In this document: piece after piece, positions 29,071 to 38,026 of the stretch
Layout: each line of letters opens with the position of its first letter
How positions within the stretch are numbered: position 1 is the first letter of the stretch
The notes under the pieces: generated by a model
The model's database searches: none
The model's input: the letters and a program-made list of their open reading frames with translations, nothing else
Told to the model about the DNA's origin: nothing
From: Gemmatimonadota bacterium
Lineage (GTDB): Bacteria; Gemmatimonadota; Gemmatimonadetes; Gemmatimonadales; GWC2-71-9
Length of the DNA stretch: 64,000 nt
NCBI GenBank assembly: GCA_039588295.1
Contig: JBDHAB010000002.1
Coordinates: 96,001-160,000, forward strand
Reading direction: 5' to 3'
Program-made: the position numbers and the translations under genes

Positions 29071-30432
29071 TCACCTGGATTCGAAGTGCGTTCTGCTGGC
29101 TGCGATCAAGCCGTTCGCGGCATCCGCCGTCGGAGCTTCAGCGATCAGCCGCACCACCGGCTCGGTGCCCGAGGGCCGCACGTGAAGCCACCGGTCCTCC
29201 CACGCCAAGCGCAGCCCATCCTGGTTGTCGGTACGTGCCTCGGCGAATTCCCGCTCGAGCGCCGAGTAGATCGTGGCCATATCGTGACCGCGTGGCACCT
29301 TGGCCTTGACGATCGTGTAGCGTGGCGACGCGTCCACCAGTTCGCGCACCGTCGTCGACGCCGTCGCCAGCAGGTCGAGTGTCAAGGCCGCCGCAAGCGG
29401 CGCGTCACGACCGAGATGGAGCTCTGGCAGCATCACGCCGCCGTTGCCTTCCCCCCCGACCACCGCGTCCGCACGTTGCATCGCCCTCGCGACATTCGCC
29501 TCGCCGACCGGCGCCCGCGTGACGGTAATGCCGAACGGCCGGGCCGCGTCGTCAACCACGAGGGACGTGGACTGGTTCACCACCACCGGCCCCGCGCGTC
29601 GCTCCAGCACGGTCCGCACGGCAAAGGCGAGCGTGTAATCCTCGCCGATCGGCTGGCCTGTCTCATCGACGATCGCCAGGCGATCGCCGTCCGGGTCCAC
29701 TGCCATGCCCAGGTCCGCGCCTGCATCGCGGACCGATGCTCCCAACGCCGCCAGGTGGGCCGGCACAGGCTCGGGCGCACGTGGGAAGTGTCCGTCGGGC
29801 TCGAGGTCAATCCCGACCACGCGACATCCGAATCGCTCCCCGAGGAGCTGGGACATGATTGGACCACCCGCCCCTCGAACACAATCCAGCACGACCGTGT
29901 ATCTGCACGCTTGAATCCGCTCGATATCCACATACGGGAGCGCCAGCACGGCGTCGAGATGGCGCTCTACCGCCGCGGCGTCCCGTTGTACGGTACCGAT
30001 CGTATCCCACCCGGCTCGACGGGATTCCCCTGAATCGGCCAGCGCATAGAGCTGCGACGCCGAGGCGGAATCCAGAAACAGGCCGTCGGCGCCCACGAAC
30101 TTGAGCGCATTCCACTCGACCGGATTGTGGCTGGCGGTGACAATGATGCCACCGCCCGCCCGGTGGTACTCGACCGCCAGTTGCGCCGTCGGCGTCGGGA
30201 TCAGATCGCAGTCGATCACGTTTGTCCCGGCGGAGAGGAGACCCGCCCGGGCGGCATCCGCGAACAGCGGTCCCGACGTTCGCGAGTCCCGCGCCAAGAC
30301 CACGGCGTGGTGGCCGGCCTCACACACCAACTGTCCGAACGCCGCCGCGTATCGCGCGACGACCTCAGGCGTGAGATCGGTCCCAACCAGGCCGCGCACA
30401 CCGGAAACGCTCCGCATCAGGGTGTCGGTCAT
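29071..30432 (-). CDS. glmM: Phosphoglucosamine mutase (phosphohexomutase family)
   Basis: TASHNP, DPDGDR, GEGNGG, RPSGTEP; adjacent to glmS. Confidence 0.85.
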   Translation of the reverse strand: MTDTLMRSVSGVRGLVGTDLTPEVVARYAAAFGQLVCEAGHHAVVLARDSRTSGPLFADAARAGLLSAGTNVIDCDLIPTPTAQLAVEYHRAGGGIIVTASHNPVEWNALKFVGADGLFLDSASASQLYALADSGESRRAGWDTIGTVQRDAAAVERHLDAVLALPYVDIERIQACRYTVVLDCVRGAGGPIMSQLLGERFGCRVVGIDLEPDGHFPRAPEPVPAHLAALGASVRDAGADLGMAVDPDGDRLAIVDETGQPIGEDYTLAFAVRTVLERRAGPVVVNQSTSLVVDDAARPFGITVTRAPVGEANVARAMQRADAVVGGEGNGGVMLPELHLGRDAPLAAALTLDLLATASTTVRELVDASPRYTIVKAKVPRGHDMATIYSALEREFAEARTDNQDGLRLAWEDRWLHVRPSGTEPVVRLIAEAPTADAANGLIAASRTHFESR

Positions 30433-30532
30433 CGGGGGAAAGCTAACCTCCGGTGTGTAGTCCGGGGATCTCGGTTGCCGAGCGCCCTTCAATCGGTATA
30501 GGTTCCGACTCCGTCATCACAGTCGACGTTCC

Positions 30533-31711
30533 ATGACTCGCGTTTTCGAAGACGATCTCACCTCACACCTCGCCACGCGCGCCGTGCATGCGGGCCAGCG
30601 CCCCGACGAAGTCACCGGCGCGATCATGAGCCCGATCTACCAAACCTCAACGTACGTCCAGCCCGGATTGGGACGCCACAAGGGGTTCGAGTACGCGCGC
30701 ACACGGAATCCGACGCGTGACGCACTCGAGCGGAACGTTGCCGCTCTCGAGGGCGCACCCCACGGATTTGCGTTTGCCTCTGGCATGGCCGCCATCGACG
30801 CGGTGCTGAAGCTGATGTCGACAGGTGACCATATCATCTGCGGTGCGAACGTCTACGGCGGGACGCATCGCATTATGACGCAGGTGTTCGCCCGACTCGG
30901 GCTCGAATTCACCTTCGTGGACAGCCGCGATCTGGACAGCGTGGCTGGGGCCGTGCGACCCGCCACCCGTATGATCTTCGTGGAAACGCCCACGAATCCG
31001 ATGATGCACCTGACCGACCTGGCGGCCACAGCGGATCTGGCGCGTGCGCACGGTGCGATGTTGGTCGTGGACAACACGTTCGCGACCCCGTGCCTGCAGA
31101 AGCCGATCGAGCTGGGTGCCGAGGTTGTGATTCACTCGACGACGAAATACCTGAACGGTCACAGTGACATGGTCGGTGGTCTCGTTCTGACCACCCGAGA
31201 CGACGTCGCCGAGCAGATCGGCTTCCTGCAGAACGCCGTCGGGGCGGTTCCGGGCCCGCTCGACTGCTGGCTTGCCCTGCGTGGCACCAAGACCCTGCAC
31301 CTGCGCATGGAGCGGCACGATCACAACGGTCGTCGTATCGCCCAGTGGCTCTCCCAGCATCCGGACGTGCGCCGGGTGTACTATCCGGGCTTGCCGAGCC
31401 ACGAGCAACACGATCTGGCCTGCCGGCAGATGCGTGGGTTCGGCGGGATGATTTCGCTGGAGTTGGGTTCGCTCGAGACGGCACGGAGCGTCGTCGAGCA
31501 CACGCAGATATTCGCCCTCGCGGAGTCGCTCGGCGGGGTGGAGAGCCTGATCGGCCACCCGGCGATGATGACGCACGCCAGCGTTCCCAAGGCCATGCGG
31601 GAGGCGATGGGGCTCACGGATGGACTGATCCGTCTCTCGGTAGGGATCGAAGACGCAGACGATCTCCTCGAGGACCTGGACCGGGCATTGACGCACGCCC
31701 GCAAGGCATGA
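30533..31711 (+). CDS. Cystathionine gamma-synthase/lyase (PLP)
   Basis: YARTRNPT, ETPTNP, DNTF, HSTTKYLNGHSD, AESLGGVESL. Confidence 0.92.
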   Translation: MTRVFEDDLTSHLATRAVHAGQRPDEVTGAIMSPIYQTSTYVQPGLGRHKGFEYARTRNPTRDALERNVAALEGAPHGFAFASGMAAIDAVLKLMSTGDHIICGANVYGGTHRIMTQVFARLGLEFTFVDSRDLDSVAGAVRPATRMIFVETPTNPMMHLTDLAATADLARAHGAMLVVDNTFATPCLQKPIELGAEVVIHSTTKYLNGHSDMVGGLVLTTRDDVAEQIGFLQNAVGAVPGPLDCWLALRGTKTLHLRMERHDHNGRRIAQWLSQHPDVRRVYYPGLPSHEQHDLACRQMRGFGGMISLELGSLETARSVVEHTQIFALAESLGGVESLIGHPAMMTHASVPKAMREAMGLTDGLIRLSVGIEDADDLLEDLDRALTHARKA

Positions 31712-31718
31712 CGCACGG

Positions 31719-31744
31719 TGAAACTGCGCCGGGTAGACTGCGTA
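31719..31744 (+). promoter_or_regulatory. ECF (SigW-like) promoter
   Basis: Exact TGAAAC-N16-CGTA in the intergenic gap before the M48 peptidase. Confidence 0.7.
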
Positions 31745-31799
31745 CGGTCAAACAACAGGCAATCGACGCCGGAGTTCACCGGCATTCTTGGAGGAAATC

Positions 31800-32810
31800 A
31801 TGACTGACACCACTGGCGGCGTGCCGTCCTCACGGCCGCGGAAGATCCTCACTGACATCGCGGCGGTGAGCTGGGAGCATCCGGCGGATCGTGCTGCGCT
31901 CCAGGCGGTGCGGGCCGTTCCCGGCTTCAACGAGGCCGTGAAGAAGATCGTGGGCTTTTTCGGGGAACGCGGCATCCGGCTGATCTTTCAGGCCAATGCC
32001 GTGCGCGTGGGCCCGACCCAGTTTCCGAAGCTCCACTCGCTGATGACGGAAGTCACGACCACGATGAACTGGCCGGACCAACCCGAGCTGTTCGTCTCGC
32101 AGACCCCCATGGTGAATGCCGGGGCCGTCGGCGTCGAGCACCCGTTCATCGTCCTGAATTCCGGCGCCCTGAACTTGCTCGATGACGACGAGATGCGGGT
32201 ACTGCTCGGTCACGAGCTGGGACACGTCATGAGCGGCCACGTGCTCTATCGCACAGTCACGATTCTCATCCTCACGCTTGGCTTCCGTAACCTCCCGTTC
32301 CTCGCAGGCATCGTACTGCTCCCTATCCAGCTGGCGTTGCTCGAGTGGTATCGGAAGAGCGAGCTGTCCTCGGATCGTGCCGGCCTCCTGGCAAGCCAAG
32401 ACTCCACGGCGGCCATGCGAGTATTCCTCAAGCTCGCTGGCGGTGGTGCCATGAAGGACATGGACCTCAACGCTTTCATGGAGCAAGCGCGCGAATACGA
32501 GGCCATGGGAGGGCCGGTCGATGCGATCTACAAGATCCTCAACACCCTCGGCATGACGCATCCGTTTCACACCCTCCGCGCTGCCGAGCTCGAACGCTGG
32601 ATCAGCGAGGGGAGCTACGACCGTATCCTCAAGGACGAGTACACGCACCGGGGGGAGGAGGAGGAGGAGCGGCCGCTGGGCTCCGACCTGGGTGAGGCGG
32701 CGCGACATTACGCGCACGAAGCCAAGCAAACCGTCTCCCAGATGACCGACGCCGCCAAGCGCGCGGCGAGCGCATTCACCGACGCGCTCAAGGGTAAAGA
32801 CAACCAGTGA
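31800..32810 (+). CDS. M48 family (HtpX-like) zinc metallopeptidase
   Basis: HELGH, ELSSDRAG, THP..R. Confidence 0.9.
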   Translation: MTDTTGGVPSSRPRKILTDIAAVSWEHPADRAALQAVRAVPGFNEAVKKIVGFFGERGIRLIFQANAVRVGPTQFPKLHSLMTEVTTTMNWPDQPELFVSQTPMVNAGAVGVEHPFIVLNSGALNLLDDDEMRVLLGHELGHVMSGHVLYRTVTILILTLGFRNLPFLAGIVLLPIQLALLEWYRKSELSSDRAGLLASQDSTAAMRVFLKLAGGGAMKDMDLNAFMEQAREYEAMGGPVDAIYKILNTLGMTHPFHTLRAAELERWISEGSYDRILKDEYTHRGEEEEERPLGSDLGEAARHYAHEAKQTVSQMTDAAKRAASAFTDALKGKDNQ

Positions 32811-34084
32811 ACGTCCTGGTCGTCGGGGGAGGCGGTCGCGAGCACGCTCTGTGTTGGGCGCTGGCGCGTTCGGCGACCGTCTCTTGCGCCCCCGGGAATC
32901 CCGGCACGGCGCAGCTCGGGACCAACGTGGACGCGAGCCCCGACGACCACGAAGCGATCCTCGAGGCGGTCCGGTCTCACCGGATCGATCTTACCGTGAT
33001 CGGGCCGGAGGCGCCGCTCGCAGCGGGTCTGGTCGATTCCCTGAACGCGGCCGGTCATGCGGCGTTCGGTCCCACCGCGGCAGCAGCGCGGATCGAGTCG
33101 TCAAAGGCGTTTGCCAAGGAGGTGATGGTCGCGGCCGGCGTTCGCTGCGCGCACAGTCACATATTTACGGAAGAGGCAGCCGCCCTCGACTACGTGCGGA
33201 CCCACGCTGAACCCCTCGTGGTCAAGGCGTCGGGCCTGGCGGCCGGGAAGGGAGCCATCGTGTGCGAGACGCGCGAGGCGGCGCGCGCAGCGGTGCAGGA
33301 GATGTTTGGCGGCCGGTTCGGCGCAGCGGGCGAGACCGTGATCGTCGAGGAGTTCCTCACCGGCGAGGAGCTCTCCGTACTCGCGCTCACCGACGGCCGT
33401 CGAGTCATGATCCTCCCCGCATCCCAAGACCACAAGCGGATCGGCGAGGGCGACACCGGCCCCAACACCGGTGGCATGGGGGCCTACACCCCCGTCTCCA
33501 TCGCGGACGCACCGTTCCTCGAGCGAGTGCGCCAGGAGGTTTTGCTCCCGGTCCTGCGGCACCTCGCCGATGCCGGTACTCCCTACCGGGGCGTGCTCTA
33601 CGCCGGGCTCATGGTGCGCCCCAGCGGCGAGATCACGGTGCTCGAATTCAACTGTCGGTTCGGGGATCCCGAGACCCAGGTGGTGCTCCCCGTCCTCGAC
33701 GTGGATCTCGCCGACCACATGTGGCAGATCGCCAGCGGAGGGGCGTGGCGGCCAGAGCCGGCGATCTGCCCGTCACAGGGCGCGGCGGTGACGACTGTGG
33801 TCGCCGCTGCCGGCTACCCGGGCACCCCGCTCAAGCGGTCCGAGATCCGGCTCCCGGCCACGCTCCCAGGTGAGACACTGCTGTTCCACGCCGGGACGGC
33901 CACCGACTCCGAGGGCACGCTGCGAACGTGGGGCGGACGGGTCCTGTGCGCCACCGGACTCGGCCGGGACGTCCCAGAGGCCGCGGCGCGCAGCCGCCTC
34001 CTGGCCGAGCAGATCGTGTTCGAGGGACGCCAATATCGGCAGGACATTGCGTGGCGTGAGGTAGCGCGTGCCGGAGCTTCCTGA
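32807..34084 (+). CDS. purD: Phosphoribosylamine-glycine ligase
   Basis: GGGGREHA, GLAAGKG, QDHKR..GPNTGGMGAY, EFNCRFGDPE. Confidence 0.97.
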   Translation: MNVLVVGGGGREHALCWALARSATVSCAPGNPGTAQLGTNVDASPDDHEAILEAVRSHRIDLTVIGPEAPLAAGLVDSLNAAGHAAFGPTAAAARIESSKAFAKEVMVAAGVRCAHSHIFTEEAAALDYVRTHAEPLVVKASGLAAGKGAIVCETREAARAAVQEMFGGRFGAAGETVIVEEFLTGEELSVLALTDGRRVMILPASQDHKRIGEGDTGPNTGGMGAYTPVSIADAPFLERVRQEVLLPVLRHLADAGTPYRGVLYAGLMVRPSGEITVLEFNCRFGDPETQVVLPVLDVDLADHMWQIASGGAWRPEPAICPSQGAAVTTVVAAAGYPGTPLKRSEIRLPATLPGETLLFHAGTATDSEGTLRTWGGRVLCATGLGRDVPEAAARSRLLAEQIVFEGRQYRQDIAWREVARAGAS

Positions 34085-34904
34085 GGTCGAAACGATCGTT
34101 CGCGACCTCCGCCCCTCCCTGATCGACCGCACCCTCACCAATCCTCGACTCCACCACCCCGGCGTCCTGCGTCGCGTCAGCGCCGCGCGGCTCCTGCGTA
34201 CCCTCCAGGGGAGCCGGATCGTGGAGGTGATGCGACGGGCCAAACATGTCGTGCTCGTCCTGGCGAACGACTACCGACTCATCATCCAGCCGCGGATGAC
34301 GGGCTTGTTCATGGTATACGATCGCCGCCTGCGACCATCGGAGCGACGCTATGCCGTCCTCGAGGTCGGGATCGGCCGCGGGGAGCGCCTGGTATTCCGC
34401 GACGTGCGACGCTTGGGCACGATCTGGCTGTTGAACGAACGAGGGTGGGCTACCTATACTGCTGCCATCGGCCCGGAGCCGCTGGCGCCCGGTTTCAGCG
34501 CGCGTAGTCTCGCCAGCCGGCTAGGGAGCTCTCGACAAGCGATCAAGAAGGTGTTGATGGATCAGCGCCGCCTGGCCGGCGTCGGGAACATCTACGCGAA
34601 CGAAGCGCTGTTCCGCGCCCGCATCGACCCGTCTCTACCCGCCAGCCGGTTGACCTCCGACCAGTGGCGATCGCTGCACCGGAACGTGCGTGCCGTGCTG
34701 CGCGAGGCGATCGCGGCACAAGGCACGACGGTCCGCGATTACCGCACCGGTACGGGTCAAAGCGGGTCGTTTCAGGAGATCCTCCGTGTCTACGGTCGGG
34801 GCGGTGAGCCGTGCGTCCGCTGCGGCACACCGCTGTGCACAACCCATGAGATCGATGGCCGGGCCACGACGTTTTGCTGGCACTGCCAGGGTGTAGTGCC
34901 ATGA
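34068..34904 (+). CDS. mutM: Formamidopyrimidine-DNA glycosylase
   Basis: MPELPEVE, GVGNIYANE, C-terminal zinc finger. Confidence 0.96.
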   Translation: MPELPEVETIVRDLRPSLIDRTLTNPRLHHPGVLRRVSAARLLRTLQGSRIVEVMRRAKHVVLVLANDYRLIIQPRMTGLFMVYDRRLRPSERRYAVLEVGIGRGERLVFRDVRRLGTIWLLNERGWATYTAAIGPEPLAPGFSARSLASRLGSSRQAIKKVLMDQRRLAGVGNIYANEALFRARIDPSLPASRLTSDQWRSLHRNVRAVLREAIAAQGTTVRDYRTGTGQSGSFQEILRVYGRGGEPCVRCGTPLCTTHEIDGRATTFCWHCQGVVP

Positions 34905-35920
34905 AGATCGCTGTGGTATTCGATACTCCACACGAGGGGTGGGAGGACGAGGACTTCAAGGCGGAGGTCGCCGCCGAGGTGGAGGAGGCGGAGTACGAAG
35001 TGGCGGAGGCACTGATGGCCAACGACCATGACGTGTTCATGGTGGGTGTAAACGATGACCTTCATCACTTGACCGCACAGCTTGCGGACTTCCGACCCGA
35101 TCTCGTGTTCAACTGTGCCGAGGGATTCCTGGGGGACTCCCTCCTGGACTATGTCTTCGCGGCGCTCCTTGAATCGGAGGGCTACCCGTACGTGGGATCA
35201 CCACCCATCGCCTTGCTCACAACCCGCAACAAGGCGATGAGCAAGAAGCTGCTGGCGTATCATGACATCCAGGTGCCCGGGTTCGCGACCTACCATCTCG
35301 CGGACCAGGTGCGTGAGGTGCCCCATCTCACGTTCCCTCTCATCGTCAAGCCGTTACAGGAGGATGCGTCGGAGGGGATTGCGATCGCATCGGTCGTACG
35401 GGACGTCGATGCCTTGGCTGAGCGGGTTCGGTTCGTGCACGAGAGCTTCGGCCAGCCGGCCATCGCCGAGGAGTTCGTCGAGGGCCGGGAGTTGTACGTC
35501 AGCATCATCGGGAATGGTTCCCATCTCGACATTCTGCCGATCGTCGAGATGGTATTCGACAAGGACCGCACCCGACCCGAAGAGCGGATCGCGACAAAAT
35601 CTGCGAAATGGGACGTCCCGTACCGCGAACGGAAGGGCATCCGCAACGTCTTCGCCCGGCCCATCGCTCAGGCTTCGCTGGAGCAGATCGAGCACATCTG
35701 CCGAATGGCGTTTCGCTCACTCTGGCTGCGGGATTACGCTCGGCTCGACGTGCGACTCACGCCCGAAGGTGCCGTGTGGGTCATCGAGGCAAACGCCAAT
35801 CCATTCATTAGCTTTGGGCACGACATGGCCAACGCGGCGGAGAAGGCCGGCATGGACTACTACGCCTTCATTCAACGCATCGTGGAGGTCGCACTGGGGC
35901 GACATGGGCACGACTCGTAG
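34901..35920 (+). CDS. D-Ala-D-Ala ligase-like ATP-grasp enzyme, substrate unknown
   Basis: PLIVKP..DASEGI, EEFVEGRE, YARLDVR, IEANANP; lacks the Ddl GGxSxE and LHG motifs. Confidence 0.85.
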   Translation: MKIAVVFDTPHEGWEDEDFKAEVAAEVEEAEYEVAEALMANDHDVFMVGVNDDLHHLTAQLADFRPDLVFNCAEGFLGDSLLDYVFAALLESEGYPYVGSPPIALLTTRNKAMSKKLLAYHDIQVPGFATYHLADQVREVPHLTFPLIVKPLQEDASEGIAIASVVRDVDALAERVRFVHESFGQPAIAEEFVEGRELYVSIIGNGSHLDILPIVEMVFDKDRTRPEERIATKSAKWDVPYRERKGIRNVFARPIAQASLEQIEHICRMAFRSLWLRDYARLDVRLTPEGAVWVIEANANPFISFGHDMANAAEKAGMDYYAFIQRIVEVALGRHGHDS

Positions 35921-36914
35921 ACGGCACCGACACCCGACCCCGCACCTCGAGCCGCGCTGCAAATGCGGTCGGGCTGTCGAGCGATTCTGGCCGTACTGCC
36001 CGTGGTGCGGGCGCTCATTGGTTTGGGAGGACGATCCACCGGTTACCGAGGCGGAGTGCTACTACTGCGGATGGGTCGTGTCGGATGTCCACTCACACTG
36101 CCCGTGGTGTGGTTCCGACATCTACGAGGAGCAGATCTCGGCTGAAGAGCCCCTCAAGGCACCGAAGGGATTCCGCTTCGACGCCTGGTGTGACTGGGGC
36201 TGCGGCGGCGGGGTGCAGTACCCGATGCCCCACTGTCCGTGGTGCGGGCGCGAGCAGACGTGGGACGACGGCGCGTATGAGGGCACGTGCCCGCACTGCG
36301 ACCGCGGCGTGGACGACTGGATGGATGTATGTCCGTGGTGCGGCTTCGATGCGACCGGACGCGACATGATCGCGCGGGCGCTGACCCGGGTGAACCGCCT
36401 GCTGCTCGTCTCACGGATCAGGGACTGGGGCTATCGCGTCCTCTTGCGTCCCGGCGTCTCGGGAGTGGACCCCCGAGCCCCGCGGATCATTGAGCTGGAC
36501 CGGAGCTACGTGTTCGGTGCCTGGCGGCGCGACGAGATTCCCTGGACCCTCCTGGTCGGTCTCGTGTGTCACGAGCTGGGCCACAGCTTTCTCTACCACC
36601 ACTGGTCGTGGACCCGCACCGAGGCGTTCCGCCGGGTGTTTGGGGAGGTACACAAGGCCTACCGCGTACGGGATGACACCTGGGTCTCGTTCCATCGGAG
36701 GCGGGTGAGCCTGGGCAACTCCCAACACGTCACCGCCTATGCGGCAACGCATCCGCTGGAGGACTTCGCGGAGGTGTTTCGCTTCTATGTGACACGCCGC
36801 GGACGGATGAAAGAGTTGCTTGCGGAGTTGGGCCACCGCCGAAAGGACGTCGTGGTCTACGAAAAATTCCTCCTCCTGCACCGCTTGGTGCGATCGCTCA
36901 GAGGATGGCGGTAG
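35904..36914 (+). CDS. Four-zinc-ribbon protein fused to a putative zinc-binding metallopeptidase domain
   Basis: ATG 35904; four CPWCG repeats (16 Cys); HELGH and YAATHPLEDFAEVF. Confidence 0.8.
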   Translation: MGTTRRRHRHPTPHLEPRCKCGRAVERFWPYCPWCGRSLVWEDDPPVTEAECYYCGWVVSDVHSHCPWCGSDIYEEQISAEEPLKAPKGFRFDAWCDWGCGGGVQYPMPHCPWCGREQTWDDGAYEGTCPHCDRGVDDWMDVCPWCGFDATGRDMIARALTRVNRLLLVSRIRDWGYRVLLRPGVSGVDPRAPRIIELDRSYVFGAWRRDEIPWTLLVGLVCHELGHSFLYHHWSWTRTEAFRRVFGEVHKAYRVRDDTWVSFHRRRVSLGNSQHVTAYAATHPLEDFAEVFRFYVTRRGRMKELLAELGHRRKDVVVYEKFLLLHRLVRSLRGWR

Positions 36915-38026
36915 CCAGGGTCCTCACTCTGCCACTCGGCGACGTGGAGCGCCTGAAGCGTCGCGTCGTCGCGCTCGCCGAGAACCGCCCCGCTGTCTAT
37001 CGCATGGTGGACCCCACCGGGCGCGTCATTTACGTGGGGAAAGCCAATCGTCTTCGCGCACGCCTGCTGAGTTACTTTCGCGCACGATATCCGGAGAAGA
37101 AGGCCTCCAGAATCCTGCAGGCATCCGCAGACATCGTTTGGGACTACGTGCCGTCGGAGTTTGCCGCCCTGTTGAGCGAGCTTCGGCAGATCCGTCGGCA
37201 TCGGCCGCTGTTCAACGTGCGGATGAATCGCACACGGCCGGCGGCGTTCATCAAGATCTCCGGCGGAGCGGCTCCCAAGGTGTATGTGGGTCGAACGCCC
37301 GGGACGGACGACGTGCGCCACTACGGACCATTCCTCGGCACCGCTCGTCTCCAGGAGGGCGTCAGGGTCCTCAACGACCTGTTGGGTCTCCGTGACTGTT
37401 CCTTGCGGATGCCGATTGTCTACCGAGAACAGCGAGATCTGTTCGACGCCGACGCACGGGCTGCCTGCATGCGTCACGACCTGGGAACCTGCACAGGCCC
37501 ATGTGCGGGCCTGGTCACTGAGCACGATTACCGGAGCAGAGTGGGCGCCGCCGTCGCATTCATCGAGGGCCGTGCGGTCGCACCGCTGGATCGGGTGATC
37601 ACGACGATGACCGGTGCAAGCGAGGCCGAAGACTTCGAGCACGCTGCCAGGTGGCGGGACAAGTTCGACACGTTGACGTGGCTGCTCAGTGCGTGCACCC
37701 GCTTACACACTACGCTCGAGAGTCTGAGCTTCGTCTATGTCGATCCCGGGGTCTACGGTGACGACCGCGCCTACGTTATCCGACGTGCGGTTGTGTGCGC
37801 CGCTGCTCCCGCGCCCCACACCCCAATCGAGATCGAGGCGTTTCGGGCACTAGTTGCCGAACATGCCGGCACGCGTGCGGAACCCGGTCCGATTCCGCCG
37901 GAGACGATCGATGAGACGGTGTTGCTGCTCGGGTGGTTCAGAAAGAAGCCACACACGCTGAACCGGACGGTGCCGCTCGACGAATGGCTCGATCGGCACG
38001 ACACTGAGCGCGGTACCGCAGCATGA
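36905..38026 (+). CDS. UvrC/Cho-like GIY-YIG nuclease with UVR domain
   Basis: PAVY..VIYVGKA..LRARLLSYF; four-Cys cluster; ASEAEDFEHAARWRD; 373 aa. Confidence 0.85.
   Translation: MAVARVLTLPLGDVERLKRRVVALAENRPAVYRMVDPTGRVIYVGKANRLRARLLSYFRARYPEKKASRILQASADIVWDYVPSEFAALLSELRQIRRHRPLFNVRMNRTRPAAFIKISGGAAPKVYVGRTPGTDDVRHYGPFLGTARLQEGVRVLNDLLGLRDCSLRMPIVYREQRDLFDADARAACMRHDLGTCTGPCAGLVTEHDYRSRVGAAVAFIEGRAVAPLDRVITTMTGASEAEDFEHAARWRDKFDTLTWLLSACTRLHTTLESLSFVYVDPGVYGDDRAYVIRRAVVCAAAPAPHTPIEIEAFRALVAEHAGTRAEPGPIPPETIDETVLLLGWFRKKPHTLNRTVPLDEWLDRHDTERGTAA

Noticed and set aside
35262..35903. 5' extension of the zinc-ribbon peptidase ORF, or a frameshift fusion with the ligase
   Set aside because: Alternate-frame low-complexity translation; both genes have their own start and stop, and I saw no slippery site
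34901..35920. Canonical ddl or Van-type resistance ligase
   Set aside because: Ddl N-terminal substrate motifs are missing and no mur or van genes are nearby
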